Shown here: in pieces, positions 46,927 to 56,600 of the stretch | How the letters are laid out: the number at the start of each line of letters is the position of its first letter | Numbering within the stretch: position 1 is the first letter of the stretch | NCBI GenBank assembly: GCA_034722055.1 | Contig: JAYENL010000242.1 | Location: forward strand, 1 to 64,000 | Direction of reading: 5' to 3' | DNA: 64,000 nucleotides | Source: Armatimonadota bacterium | GTDB taxonomy: Bacteria > Armatimonadota > Zipacnadia > Zipacnadales > UBA5352 | Notes under the pieces: generated by a model | What the model was told of the DNA's origin: nothing | What the model saw: the letters and a program-made list of their open reading frames with translations, nothing else | The model's database searches: none | Position numbers and translations under genes: made by a program

Positions 46927-47667
46927 ATGCATCGGTTCTACCGGTTGGTCCAGTTGTCTGGCATGCTGATGATCGTCGGTCTCATACTGACCGGATGTGG
47001 CGCTACAAGCACAGGGAACGGCAAAGTCAGTACGCTCCGCGTCGTTCCTGGACAGACGGTCAGAGCACAGGAGTTGGAGGATGGGAGTTTCGTTGTCACC
47101 TCACAGCCACTTCTCGCCACCGGAGGCTCACCGCTATCCGGCTACACCTGGACCCTGGCGAGCGGCTCAGCGTTTCCGCCTGGAACAACGGTCACGGCGC
47201 CCACAGGCGTCTTCCACGGCAGCGGCAAGGGGCTGATTGCGGGCAAGACCTACTCCTTCAATATGCAGGTCAGCGACGGCACACACACGGCGACCGGGAC
47301 GATCAACCTGGAAGTCGAGCCGGCTCCGACTGATGGCATCGTGCCGTTCACGGTTTTCCAGCAGCCAATGGGAATACCTGTGATCAGGCTGCCCAATGCC
47401 CAGGCCAACAGACCCTACGGCGCGTCCCTGCAGGTCTACAGTGGTGTGCCGCCCTACAGTTGGTTCGAGGACACGTCCTACGCCGGGCGTACAGCCTTCG
47501 AGCTCTCGGGCCTGACGATCGACATGGCCCGCGGCGTGGTCCGGGGAACGGTGATGAACAGCGCTGCCGGTAAGACCCTGCGCTTCCGTATCGTCGTCAA
47601 AGACAGCACTGGAGAGACGGCAGCTACGGAGCCTGGTCGCCCGGTTTACGAGATCGTGGTAGAGTAG
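46927..47667 (+). CDS. Lipoprotein with putative Ig (He_PIG-like) domains
   Basis: Lipobox ILTGC; ATGG..YTWTL.SGS.FPPG, YSFNMQVSD, GVPPYSW, FRIVVKDS; lower GC. Confidence 0.75.
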   Translation: MHRFYRLVQLSGMLMIVGLILTGCGATSTGNGKVSTLRVVPGQTVRAQELEDGSFVVTSQPLLATGGSPLSGYTWTLASGSAFPPGTTVTAPTGVFHGSGKGLIAGKTYSFNMQVSDGTHTATGTINLEVEPAPTDGIVPFTVFQQPMGIPVIRLPNAQANRPYGASLQVYSGVPPYSWFEDTSYAGRTAFELSGLTIDMARGVVRGTVMNSAAGKTLRFRIVVKDSTGETAATEPGRPVYEIVVE

Positions 47668-47802
47668 CATCTCCGACAGACCTTCGCGCTCCCCTCGGAA
47701 TGACCGGCGAGGGCTCGCCGCTGTGATACTGTGCTCGCAGCCTCTCACCAGGGCGACTCTCGCCGGTGCCGCGATCTCTTGAGATGAAGATGCACGTGCC
47801 CT

Positions 47803-48004
47803 ACGGCACCGGCGGCGGTGCGCGACGTGAAGGCCGCGGTCCGCGGAAGCCATGCACGGCCGCGGCCTGCGGGCGGAGCTTATCTGTATAGCAGACGCTC
47901 GCCATGGTTTCTTCAACATCGACCCGCACTACGAGAGGGTCTATCAGCACATCGAGGCCTTCATCATGGACGTGCTGCAGCCGGAGGGTGCGCCTTGCCA
48001 ATGA
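47803..48004 (+). pseudogene. Internally deleted alpha/beta-hydrolase (HSL/BD-FAE-like esterase) remnant
   Basis: APAAVRDVKAAVR in one frame, joined by a frameshift to EAMHGRGLRAELICIADARHGFFNIDPHYERVYQHIEAFIMDVLQ...*. Confidence 0.6.
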
Positions 48005-48066
48005 ACACTCACAGGCGCTGCTGAGAGGGCCTCACCGGAGTGCCCCCTGCCTTGATAGCAGCACCG

Positions 48067-50223
48067 CTACTCTGCCTCGGCAATGGCCGCGCGAGCGGCG
48101 CAGACCCAGGAGCTGCCCAGCCGGCGGTCGCCGTCGTGAGCCGTGACCCGGTAGAAGTAGACGCCGCCGGGAGTCACGTTGTCATCATCGTAATGATCGC
48201 CGGCCTCCACGGTGGCGATCAGGTGGCCCTCCTCCGTCCGAGGATCGGCCTCCGGCGAGCGATAGACGCGGTAGCTCAGGCCCGCGGCGGCTTCGCCGCG
48301 GTACTCGTCCCACTGCAGGCGAATTCCGGGATCGCCCGAGCCAGGAACGCCGCCGGTGGCGTGCAGGCCGGTCGGGAAGGGCACGTCGAAGACCGACGCC
48401 CGCAACAGCGCGTGGCCGCGGTAGTAGCTGCACAGGATCGCGCCCGGCTGCGTCTCAATCATGCAGGGATAGGCCCCGCCCGAGATCCACACCGGTTCAC
48501 CCCAGCTCTCGCCACCGTCGTGGCTGAAGGCCAGGTAGACGCCGCCCCGGTTGGCGTGCTTCCCCCACCTGTCATGATAGGCCAGCACCAGCGTGCCCGC
48601 CGGCGGGCCCTGCGTCGTATAGCACAGCGCCGGACACAGGCCCGTCAGCGCGCTCCGCTCGACCGTCCACGTCTCGCCCCCGTCATCGGACACGCCACGA
48701 TACAGCGGGAATCCCGAGTACTGCGTGCGCGACATTGAGACCAGGCGACCGTCCGGCAGCTCCGCGATGTCAGTCTCGTTCAGGCGGGCCGGCCCGCCGT
48801 CCGGGTCCGCCTCAGCCCCGATGAGCGTGTAACCGCCCCAGGTCTGGCCCTGATCGTGGGAGGTCAGGAAGCCGGCCTGGTGGCGGAAACTGCCCCGCTC
48901 CACCGCCCCGTAGCAGTTGAGCAGCAGCCTGCCGTCCGAGAGCTCAACGATGCCGCCGAAGGATGCGGCCGCGTGGAAGGGCGTCTCGACCTCCGGTATG
49001 TCCCAGGTCTCGAGTCCGTCGTCGCTGACCGCCAGGTGGAGCCTGCCCCAGTTCTCCTCCTTCGCCCGCTCCTCGTAGTCGGCATTGAGAATGTAGAACG
49101 GGTGCATGAAGACACCCTCGTCGCTGATGTAGCCGGTGCCGCAGCAGTTCTCCTGCCTGGTCTGGGAGTTCTCGTAGATCAGTTCCGGCTCGGGGCGCCA
49201 GGAGTGTCCCCCGTTGGTGGATCTCGTCCATACGATGGTCTCGTCGCGGACCGTCCAGGGGCTGCCCTCTTCGTCCACCGACCCCACCTTGTAGACGCAG
49301 ACGATCTCGTCACCGCCGAGCCGGGTGAGGCCGCCGTACATGGCGTACCGCCCCTCGGGCGCCTGGCGGACCACCGAGTGCCTCATGTCCTGCTCCAGGT
49401 ACGGCCGGGGCACGTTCTCCTCGATGGCCACCGATGACACCGCCAGCTCCCCCCGGACGTAGTCCGTAACGAGATCGCCCAGCGCGAAGTAGTCCGCCGT
49501 GGCACGGCCGCGGACCTCCGAGACCGGCGCCGCGGCCTCGACGAGCGCTGAGCCCTCGGCGTCGCGCACCCGGGCCAGGAACTCAGTTCGCGTCTTCTCG
49601 ATCTCGACCGTATAGGGGCGATCCTGCTCATACGCCGCGCCGGTCGGCCGCCAGGCGTCGGCCACCCACTCATCGCCCGTCCAGCAGTGGTATCCGCCGT
49701 GCGGATTGAAGCGAATGACGTAGATGCGTTGCGCGTCGTCGTAGTTCTGGAAGACCACGCAGAACTTGCCCTGCGCGTTGACTGCTTCGTTGTCGCCGCC
49801 CCACCGGGCATCAGCCTCGAAGATGCCGAACCGGCAGCCGGTGTCCTCAGTGTTCACGGCGGCAACCCGAACCCTCACCAGGTAGGCCATGGGCAGGTGC
49901 CCTGCCGTCATGGCGAAGGCCAGGTCGGAGGGCTCGGGGGAGGAGAAATGCATGCCGCGCCGCGGGGAAAGCCGCACCTCACCATGGCCGCGGGCAACGC
50001 CGAAGAGGGTCCGAAAGTCCGGCCGGGTCTGGGCCGCGGCCAGGTGGCAGGCCAGCACGATCAGTAGAAGCGCACAGACAAGAAGGGGGTGACGGCGGCG
50101 CGCGGTACAGGCGTGCGTGGCGAGGTCATTGGTCCGGGAGTACGACGGCAGGAAGCGGCTGATCTCTGAGGACCAGATGGGGCGACACCTCGCTCCGGGC
50201 AGATGAGGAGGGCGTCGGTGCAT
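48067..50223 (-). CDS. Secreted sialidase-like (BNR/Asp-box beta-propeller) protein with C-terminal FN3-like domain
   Basis: Asp-boxes STNGGHSW, SDDGLETW, SHDQGQTW, SDDGGETW, SHDGGESW; YRVYRS and YFYRVTA; start codon uncertain. Confidence 0.78.
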   Translation of the reverse strand: MHRRPPHLPGARCRPIWSSEISRFLPSYSRTNDLATHACTARRRHPLLVCALLLIVLACHLAAAQTRPDFRTLFGVARGHGEVRLSPRRGMHFSSPEPSDLAFAMTAGHLPMAYLVRVRVAAVNTEDTGCRFGIFEADARWGGDNEAVNAQGKFCVVFQNYDDAQRIYVIRFNPHGGYHCWTGDEWVADAWRPTGAAYEQDRPYTVEIEKTRTEFLARVRDAEGSALVEAAAPVSEVRGRATADYFALGDLVTDYVRGELAVSSVAIEENVPRPYLEQDMRHSVVRQAPEGRYAMYGGLTRLGGDEIVCVYKVGSVDEEGSPWTVRDETIVWTRSTNGGHSWRPEPELIYENSQTRQENCCGTGYISDEGVFMHPFYILNADYEERAKEENWGRLHLAVSDDGLETWDIPEVETPFHAAASFGGIVELSDGRLLLNCYGAVERGSFRHQAGFLTSHDQGQTWGGYTLIGAEADPDGGPARLNETDIAELPDGRLVSMSRTQYSGFPLYRGVSDDGGETWTVERSALTGLCPALCYTTQGPPAGTLVLAYHDRWGKHANRGGVYLAFSHDGGESWGEPVWISGGAYPCMIETQPGAILCSYYRGHALLRASVFDVPFPTGLHATGGVPGSGDPGIRLQWDEYRGEAAAGLSYRVYRSPEADPRTEEGHLIATVEAGDHYDDDNVTPGGVYFYRVTAHDGDRRLGSSWVCAARAAIAEAE

Positions 50224-50263
50224 CCGGGAGCCTGGGGCGTACGGCGTCGGCCAGCGGCCTGGC

Positions 50264-50764
50264 TCAGCCCGCCTGCCGCCGCGCTTTCTCCAGGGGCCAG
50301 CCGCAGGCGCTGCAGAAAACGCTGCGCGGCGTCTCCTCCCCGCAGTGCGGACAGGTGACGCGATCACGGGAGGCGCCGGCGCTCTCCGCCTCATCCTCGT
50401 CCTCTTCTCCCATGTCCGGCGCACACTTCTCGCACATCAGCATGGCGGCGTTCCAGCACAGGTCGCACACCCACTCGCCACAGCGGGGGCACTGGTGGAA
50501 GTGCTCCTTGACCTCAGCAATGGCCGCCTGCAGAGCCGCCTCGTGCTCGGGATCGCCCTCGGTAGCCCGCACCTCCCCCCGCTCCTCAGTGCCCTCCACG
50601 AGCATCTCACCCATGCCCTCCAGGAGTCCATTCTCGTCCTGAGGACTGCGCGGCTGGAACTCGCTGAGGTAGTCGGCGTCACATCGCTCGCAGTAGAAGC
50701 GGAACTGGTAGCCGAGGTCCGTGCTGAGGTCCTCGTAGTTCTCGGTGAAGTCGATCGGCGACAT
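50264..50764 (-). CDS. Zinc-ribbon domain protein (double zinc ribbon-like)
   Basis: FTENYEDLSTD.GYQF.FYCERC, CPRCGEWVC..CW...CEKCAP, CPHCG...FCSACG. Confidence 0.85.
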   Translation of the reverse strand: MSPIDFTENYEDLSTDLGYQFRFYCERCDADYLSEFQPRSPQDENGLLEGMGEMLVEGTEERGEVRATEGDPEHEAALQAAIAEVKEHFHQCPRCGEWVCDLCWNAAMLMCEKCAPDMGEEDEDEAESAGASRDRVTCPHCGEETPRSVFCSACGWPLEKARRQAG

Positions 50765-50888
50765 CCGCGTCTCACCTGCTCCGCGCGAGGTCTCGGTCCG
50801 TGCTGCGATCTCACAGGCCATGCTACCCGCGCTGCTGTTTTCTCCACACGTTTGCGCGTCCGTGCCGGCGGTTGCAGGTCTGGCGCAA

Positions 50889-50917
50889 AGCATACCCCAC
50901 CAGGTCCATTCACGCAA
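50889..50917 (-). promoter_or_regulatory. sigma70-like promoter of the zinc-ribbon gene
   Basis: TTGCGT-N17-TATGCT. Confidence 0.55.
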
Positions 50918-51202
50918 GCCGCGTGCCAGAAAAACCCTCGCTGATCAGCCTCATTCCAATAGACGTGCGCTGCAGGCTGGAGGTTTTCCATGCGCGCGCG
51001 GCCATACAGACCGGTCCGCACAGACCTCAGCGAGGCCAGGGCACGTCAGGAAAGCTTCTCCCCGCACTCGGAGCAGAACCGCGAGCCCGAAGCTGCCGTC
51101 CATCGTTGTCCAGCATATCCTGTCCATCCGGTTGCCCGTCGTCGCGGTCTGAACCACTCACGGCCGACAGCCTTCCCGGGAGGATGCCGGCGCTGCCGAC
51201 TG

Positions 51203-52048
51203 TCACCACAGGTTGGCCACCTCGGGCAGCTCGGACCGTGGCTTCAGGTCAATCGCATCGTTGGAGCACACGCTGCGACAGACGCCGCACCCGTAACAGG
51301 CGGTCAGATCCACCTCGACCTTCCGGTCGGCCGGATTGAGGCTGAGGGCGCCGAACTGGCAGACCTCGACGCAGGAGCGACACCCGGTGCAGAGATCGGG
51401 ATCCACCGCAGCCACGTACTCCGCCCGCCACATCACCTTGGTGCCGTGCACCACCGTGGCCTGCATGGCTATGCAGCTCGGGCGGTCGCAGTTGCACACG
51501 CCACCAATGAACGGCGCCATGAACGTCCAGACGCTGTGGCAGAACCCCTCCTCTTCGTGCTGGGCGAACGCCGCCAGTGCCTCCTCTGGGGTAAGCTCGT
51601 CAAACTCCGATGTGTCGGGTCCGTGGAGGAAGCTGGGGTCCACCTCATTGACCAGCTGGGCCATCGTCCCGCCCCCCGGTCCCATCGAGATCCCGTAGCA
51701 GTAGCCGACGTCCTCTCCCAGCGTCTCCCGCCGACAGATGCAGGCGACGCGCACGATGGAGTTCACGAACCCGAAGATCTCCCGGATGTCCTCCAGCGGC
51801 ACCACCTGGCCGAAGTGCTGCCTCTTCATGCGCCGAGTGATCACCCCCTTGATGGCGCGCTGGACAAAGGCTGGCGCGCGGCTCAGGCTCTCCAGCTTCC
51901 GCAGGCCCTCGCCCAGGGCCTCGGGATGGCCGAAGAAGTCGGTGACGAACTCTCGTCGGCGCAGATCACTGAGCAGGTCCTCCGCATAGTTCTCGGCCTG
52001 CAGGTACCATTTGCGGCCGTCCCCGTGCTCCACACAGAACTGGCACAT
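51203..52048 (-). CDS. 4Fe-4S dicluster-binding protein
   Basis: CTGCRSCVEVC and CYGCGVCRSVC; extra CICR and CNCDRPSC. Confidence 0.88.
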   Translation of the reverse strand: MCQFCVEHGDGRKWYLQAENYAEDLLSDLRRREFVTDFFGHPEALGEGLRKLESLSRAPAFVQRAIKGVITRRMKRQHFGQVVPLEDIREIFGFVNSIVRVACICRRETLGEDVGYCYGISMGPGGGTMAQLVNEVDPSFLHGPDTSEFDELTPEEALAAFAQHEEEGFCHSVWTFMAPFIGGVCNCDRPSCIAMQATVVHGTKVMWRAEYVAAVDPDLCTGCRSCVEVCQFGALSLNPADRKVEVDLTACYGCGVCRSVCSNDAIDLKPRSELPEVANLW

Positions 52049-52237
52049 CGCAGCCGACCGCCTTCGTGCGATCTGTCTGGTTCGCGCTCGCCCGACGAAC
52101 TCAGTGTGTCGCCCGCCCGATCACCTCCGGGACCTGTGCACTGTTGCTCAGCCGAGATACTCACGCCTCCACAGCCGGACGCGCGGTCGCCTCACCCCCG
52201 GGTCGCCACCACGGACTGTCAGGCACCGTCGACCGGG

Positions 52238-53500
52238 CTACTCGCTCAGGAACATCTCCACCACCGGGATCTCTACCGGCGGCTTCACGATGGGCATCTG
52301 CAGCAGCACGTCGCCATCCTGCTCGGTGAACTGCACCTCGGAGGCGTCGTGCAGAAACTGCGCGTACTCCACCTTCCCCGCCATGCCCGGCAGCCGCAGC
52401 GCCTTCATCGGCCAAGCGAAGATGTGGCAGTAGAGCCGCCGGGTGTCGAAGTTCTGCGTGTAGCGGCAGTCCCGCGGCGCATCGTAGTCCGACATGGTGC
52501 ATCCGTAGATCGAGCGGCTATTGAGCGCCATCCACTCGCCGATGCCGCGCAGGCGGGCCTGCGCGCGCTCATCGAACGTCCCGCGGGCGGTGGGGCCGAC
52601 GTTCAGCAGCAGATTGCCACCCTTCGAGACGCCGTCGATGAGCATGCGCAGGAGCATGGGCACGGACTTCCAGGTGTGCTCGTCGCGATAGTAGCCCCAG
52701 GAGCCGGAGAAGGTCTGGCAGGCCTCCCACAGCACCGGCTTGCCGTCCACCTCATACCAGCCCTCCGGCTGCACCTGCTCGGGCGTCCAGTAGTCCTGCG
52801 CGGTATCGGTGCGGTTGTTGATGAGGATCCCCGGCTGCAGCTCGCGCACCATCTCCACGAGCTTCTCGGACTGCCAGTCGTCCCTGCCCTTCCCGTCGGC
52901 CAGCAGACCCTCGCCCTTCCGCTGGGGGTAGGAGAAGTCGAAGAACACCAGGTCGATCTTGCCGAACCGCGTCATCAGCTCCCGGGTCTGGGCGTGCAGG
53001 TACTCGGCGTACTTGGTGATGTCGCGGTCCTGGTTGGCCCTCAGGAACTCCTCGTCGTTCGACTGCGGATGCACTGCGTCCACGGGGAACTGGGGGTGGT
53101 GCCAGTCGATCAGCGAGTGGTAGAAGCCCACGCGCAGGCCCTCGTTGCGGAAGGCCTCCACCATCGGCGCGATGAGGTCCTGGCCCCACGGGGTATTGGT
53201 GACCTTGTAGTCGGTCTGGTCGGTGTCCCACAGGCAGAAGCCGTCGTGGTGCTTGGTGGTGATGACGAAGTAGCGCATGCCGGCATCCTTCACCATCTTC
53301 GCCCACTCCGCGGGGTCATACAGATCGGGGTAGAAGTGGTCGAAGTACTTCTGGTACTGCTCATCGGTCATCTGCTCGTACTTCTTCACCCACTCGTGGC
53401 GGGCGGCGGAGGCGTAGATGCCCCAGTGGATGAACATCCCGAAGCGGGCCTCGACGAACCATTCGGTATCGCCGGGGGTGGGCTCGATCTCGACAGGCAT
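52238..53500 (-). CDS. Alpha-L-fucosidase (GH29), no signal peptide
   Basis: WF.EARFGMFIHWG, TTKHHDGF, FFDFS, INNR, GGNLLLNVGP. Confidence 0.95.
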   Translation of the reverse strand: MPVEIEPTPGDTEWFVEARFGMFIHWGIYASAARHEWVKKYEQMTDEQYQKYFDHFYPDLYDPAEWAKMVKDAGMRYFVITTKHHDGFCLWDTDQTDYKVTNTPWGQDLIAPMVEAFRNEGLRVGFYHSLIDWHHPQFPVDAVHPQSNDEEFLRANQDRDITKYAEYLHAQTRELMTRFGKIDLVFFDFSYPQRKGEGLLADGKGRDDWQSEKLVEMVRELQPGILINNRTDTAQDYWTPEQVQPEGWYEVDGKPVLWEACQTFSGSWGYYRDEHTWKSVPMLLRMLIDGVSKGGNLLLNVGPTARGTFDERAQARLRGIGEWMALNSRSIYGCTMSDYDAPRDCRYTQNFDTRRLYCHIFAWPMKALRLPGMAGKVEYAQFLHDASEVQFTEQDGDVLLQMPIVKPPVEIPVVEMFLSE

Positions 53501-53647
53501 GATTGTGTCCTCCCGTTGCTTGTGTGGATGACGAGTGACCGTTGCCCATCGGTTCCACGACGGAAGCGAGAGACCTCCAGGCGCAGGACTGGGAGAGAAC
53601 AAGGGGAACTCTGCTGGCGAGTGCATCCGGCTGAGGAGGTGCGCCCG

Positions 53648-56600
53648 ATGCGACGCTCTGGCCCGCTGATCGCCGTGCTGCTGTGTACGTTCCTCGTCCC
53701 GGCCGCCGCTCGCGAGGTCACCATCCCGCTGGAGATCGCCGACGGCGAGGGCTGTCGCTTCGACGCCCGTGGTGCCCAGCTTCTGGCCCGGGTGCCTACG
53801 CCGAACGACGACGGCCTCATCGCCATCGAGGCCGAGGAGACTGTGCGGCACCAGTTCGACCCGAATGTGCGCCACGCCAATACGTCCATGCCTCAGGACC
53901 CGGATTCGTCCGCGGGGAGATACCTCGACCACGCCGTCTACGCCTCGTACCAGTTCATCGCGAGGCAACCGGGCGACTACTGGCTGTGGGTGCGCGTGCG
54001 CACGGGCGAGGGACGCTGGCGCTTCCGCGATGTCGTGAACGGGACTGTCTGGTGGTTCTTCGATGAGCCCGAGCGCAATGAGCCGCCCGACGAGCCCGAC
54101 CGGTGGCACTGGGCCAAACGCCGGAAGGTCACCCTCGGGGAGGGCTTCAACCGCCTGGTGGTCACCGACTACGGCTACGATTTCCCGCAGGTCGATCGCT
54201 TCGTCTTCGCACCGAGCGAGGACTGGCGGCCCGAGGGGATGGGCCCGGAGGTCATCGCAGACATGGCTACGGGCGGCTGGGTCGAGACCTCGCCGCTCAC
54301 CATCCCCGGCCTGCAGCGCCTGGTGCGACTGGAAGGGCTGCCCGGGCAGACGGCTGAGGTTTCGGCCCGGACAGAGGAGTCGGAGCAGTGGCAGCGCGTC
54401 CACCATGGCCTCGTATCCTCCGGCCAGGTGAGGCTCGATGGCACCGCGCCGGCCGGCGACGGCCTGCAGTTCCGCATCTGGCTCTCCGGAGTGAGCTCCA
54501 TGATGCGTGAGGGCAGTCTCGCTGCCGTCGCCGAGGTCGATGAGTCGCGCTACGTCGAGCTTCACAGCGGTCGCACGCGGCTTGTCCTCGATGGCGAGAC
54601 TGCCGGCCTGTTCCTGGTCCAGGACGCCGAGAGCGGCGAGGCCATCGCCATGCCCGGGCGGCCGCAGCCGCTCATCTCCGTGGACTTCAAGCGCGCAGGC
54701 CAGCGCCGGAAGGTGCGCGTCGATCCGGAGGGCGTTACGGAGCTCATCGCCGAGCACGACGAGCGCCGCGGGTGGCTCTGGCAGGAGCAGGAGCCGCAGC
54801 CGGCCATCACCGAGCCGCGCTCGGTCAAGGTCGGCGACAATTCGCTGAGCGCCACCTGGATGTTCGCCATCGAGGGCATGGGCCGGGCTGAGGTGGGCTA
54901 CGCCATCGAGCCGGATGACGCGGGTGGCTTCCGGATGGAGGCACGCGTCAGGCCGCTGGAGGGCCCGGCTGACGTCGTGGCGGTCACCTTCCCGCGCATC
55001 GAGCACTGCCGCCTCGGCCGCAGCGGCCTCGACGACGTCCAGTTCCGCATGCAGTCCTTCGGCCATGAGGCCGTCAACCCCGGCAGCGGACCGATCCGCG
55101 ACGCGTCGTATCTGGGCAGCGTGGTCATGCCCTGGCAGGAGGTCTACGACCGCGACCTCGGCCTTTACGTCGGCGCGCATGATCCCCAGGCCTATAACTG
55201 CCAGTTCGTCTCCGAGGCCGGCGGGCTGGCCGCCGAGCACTTCAGCTTTGCCCTCCGGAAGCTCGACGACATCTCGCCGGGTGCCGAGCGCACATACCCC
55301 TTCGAGCTTGCCGTCCACGGCGGCGGCTGGCACTCCGGCGCCGACCGCTACCGCCGGTGGTTCCGCGAGACCTTCGGCCGAGCAGAGTACCCCGATTGGA
55401 TGCGGACCTTCGACGGCTGGCTGGACCTGCAGGCCGAGAACATGCGGCGGAGGTTCCGCTTCTCGCACCTCCCGGACATCCTGACCCGCGCGCGGGCCAT
55501 CGGCCTGGACTGGACCCAGGTGTGGGGGCAGTTCTCCTACGACGGCGGGCCCTGCTGCCATGACTTCGGCGCCCTCTCGCCCCTGTACGGCGGCCGGCAG
55601 GGCTGGGCGGAGGCGGCCCACGAGATCGTCTCCCGCGGCGGGCACATCGGCGGCTACTTCGTCTACGACCGCCTCGACAGGCTCCCCATCCTCACCGACT
55701 GGTTCCTGGGGCACTTCCGCAAGTCCCAGTACCCGGAGGACACGCCCTGGGTGACTGCCGACTTCTTCACGGACATGATGGTCATCACCGATCCCGGCGG
55801 CGAGCTCCCCGCCTGGCCGCCCCCGCAGGACGAGCTCGACGAGAGGCTGGCGGCGATCGAGGAGCACCAGGAGCTGTACGAGAGTTGGGAGCGCGCCCGG
55901 CCCGTTATCTGGTGGGAGAAGGTCTGGGTGAATGACCCGCAGTGGTGGGAGTATCTGCGCTCATGGATCGTGGACCTTTACGCGCGAGAGTACGGCTGCA
56001 ACGCCTGCTACATCGACGTGCTGGGCTGTGGCGGCGCCATGGAGAGCTACGACCCGCGCCGCGGCCACAACGGCGAGGGCTCGTGGGGGCTCGGGAGGCT
56101 GAACATCGCGCGGGAGGTCGTCGAGGGCGCCCGCGAGGTCTTCCCCGACTACGCGCCCAGCATGGAGGGCATGGGCGACCTGCCCGGCCTCTACTGCGCC
56201 TCGATGTGCAGCGGCGTCTACCGCGGCGCCCGCAACGTCATGCGCTACACCTTCCCCGACCGTATCTTCATCCACGGCCTGGCGAACTCCGGCTCCGGCG
56301 GCTCATCCATCGACCGCTACTGCGAGACCTTCCTGGAGGGCATGCGCTACGACTTCGTCGGCATGCCCGCCGCTGACGGCCTCCGCTTCCTCCGCCTGCA
56401 GCGCTCCTTCACGGCCTGGCTGTATGACGCCCGCTTCATGGACACCCGCGGCCTCACCGTCACCGACCCGCGCGTGAAGGTCCGGCGCCACGACCTGGCC
56501 GACGGCCCGGTCCGCGGCTGCCTGCTGACCATCGTCAACCGCGAGGGCCTCGAGCAGCAGGGGGTAACGTGCGACGAGAGCGCGCTCGGCGGCGTGAGCC

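Noticed and set aside
50990..53647. N-terminal ~890 aa of the 2164-aa plus-strand ORF
   Set aside because: It is the antisense shadow of the 4Fe-4S and GH29 genes. The real start is ATG 53648 with a GAGGAGG SD and signal peptide.
53501..55867. N-terminal extension of the 1209-aa minus-strand ORF
   Set aside because: It is antisense to the DUF6259-like gene. GH29 homology begins at ATG 53500.
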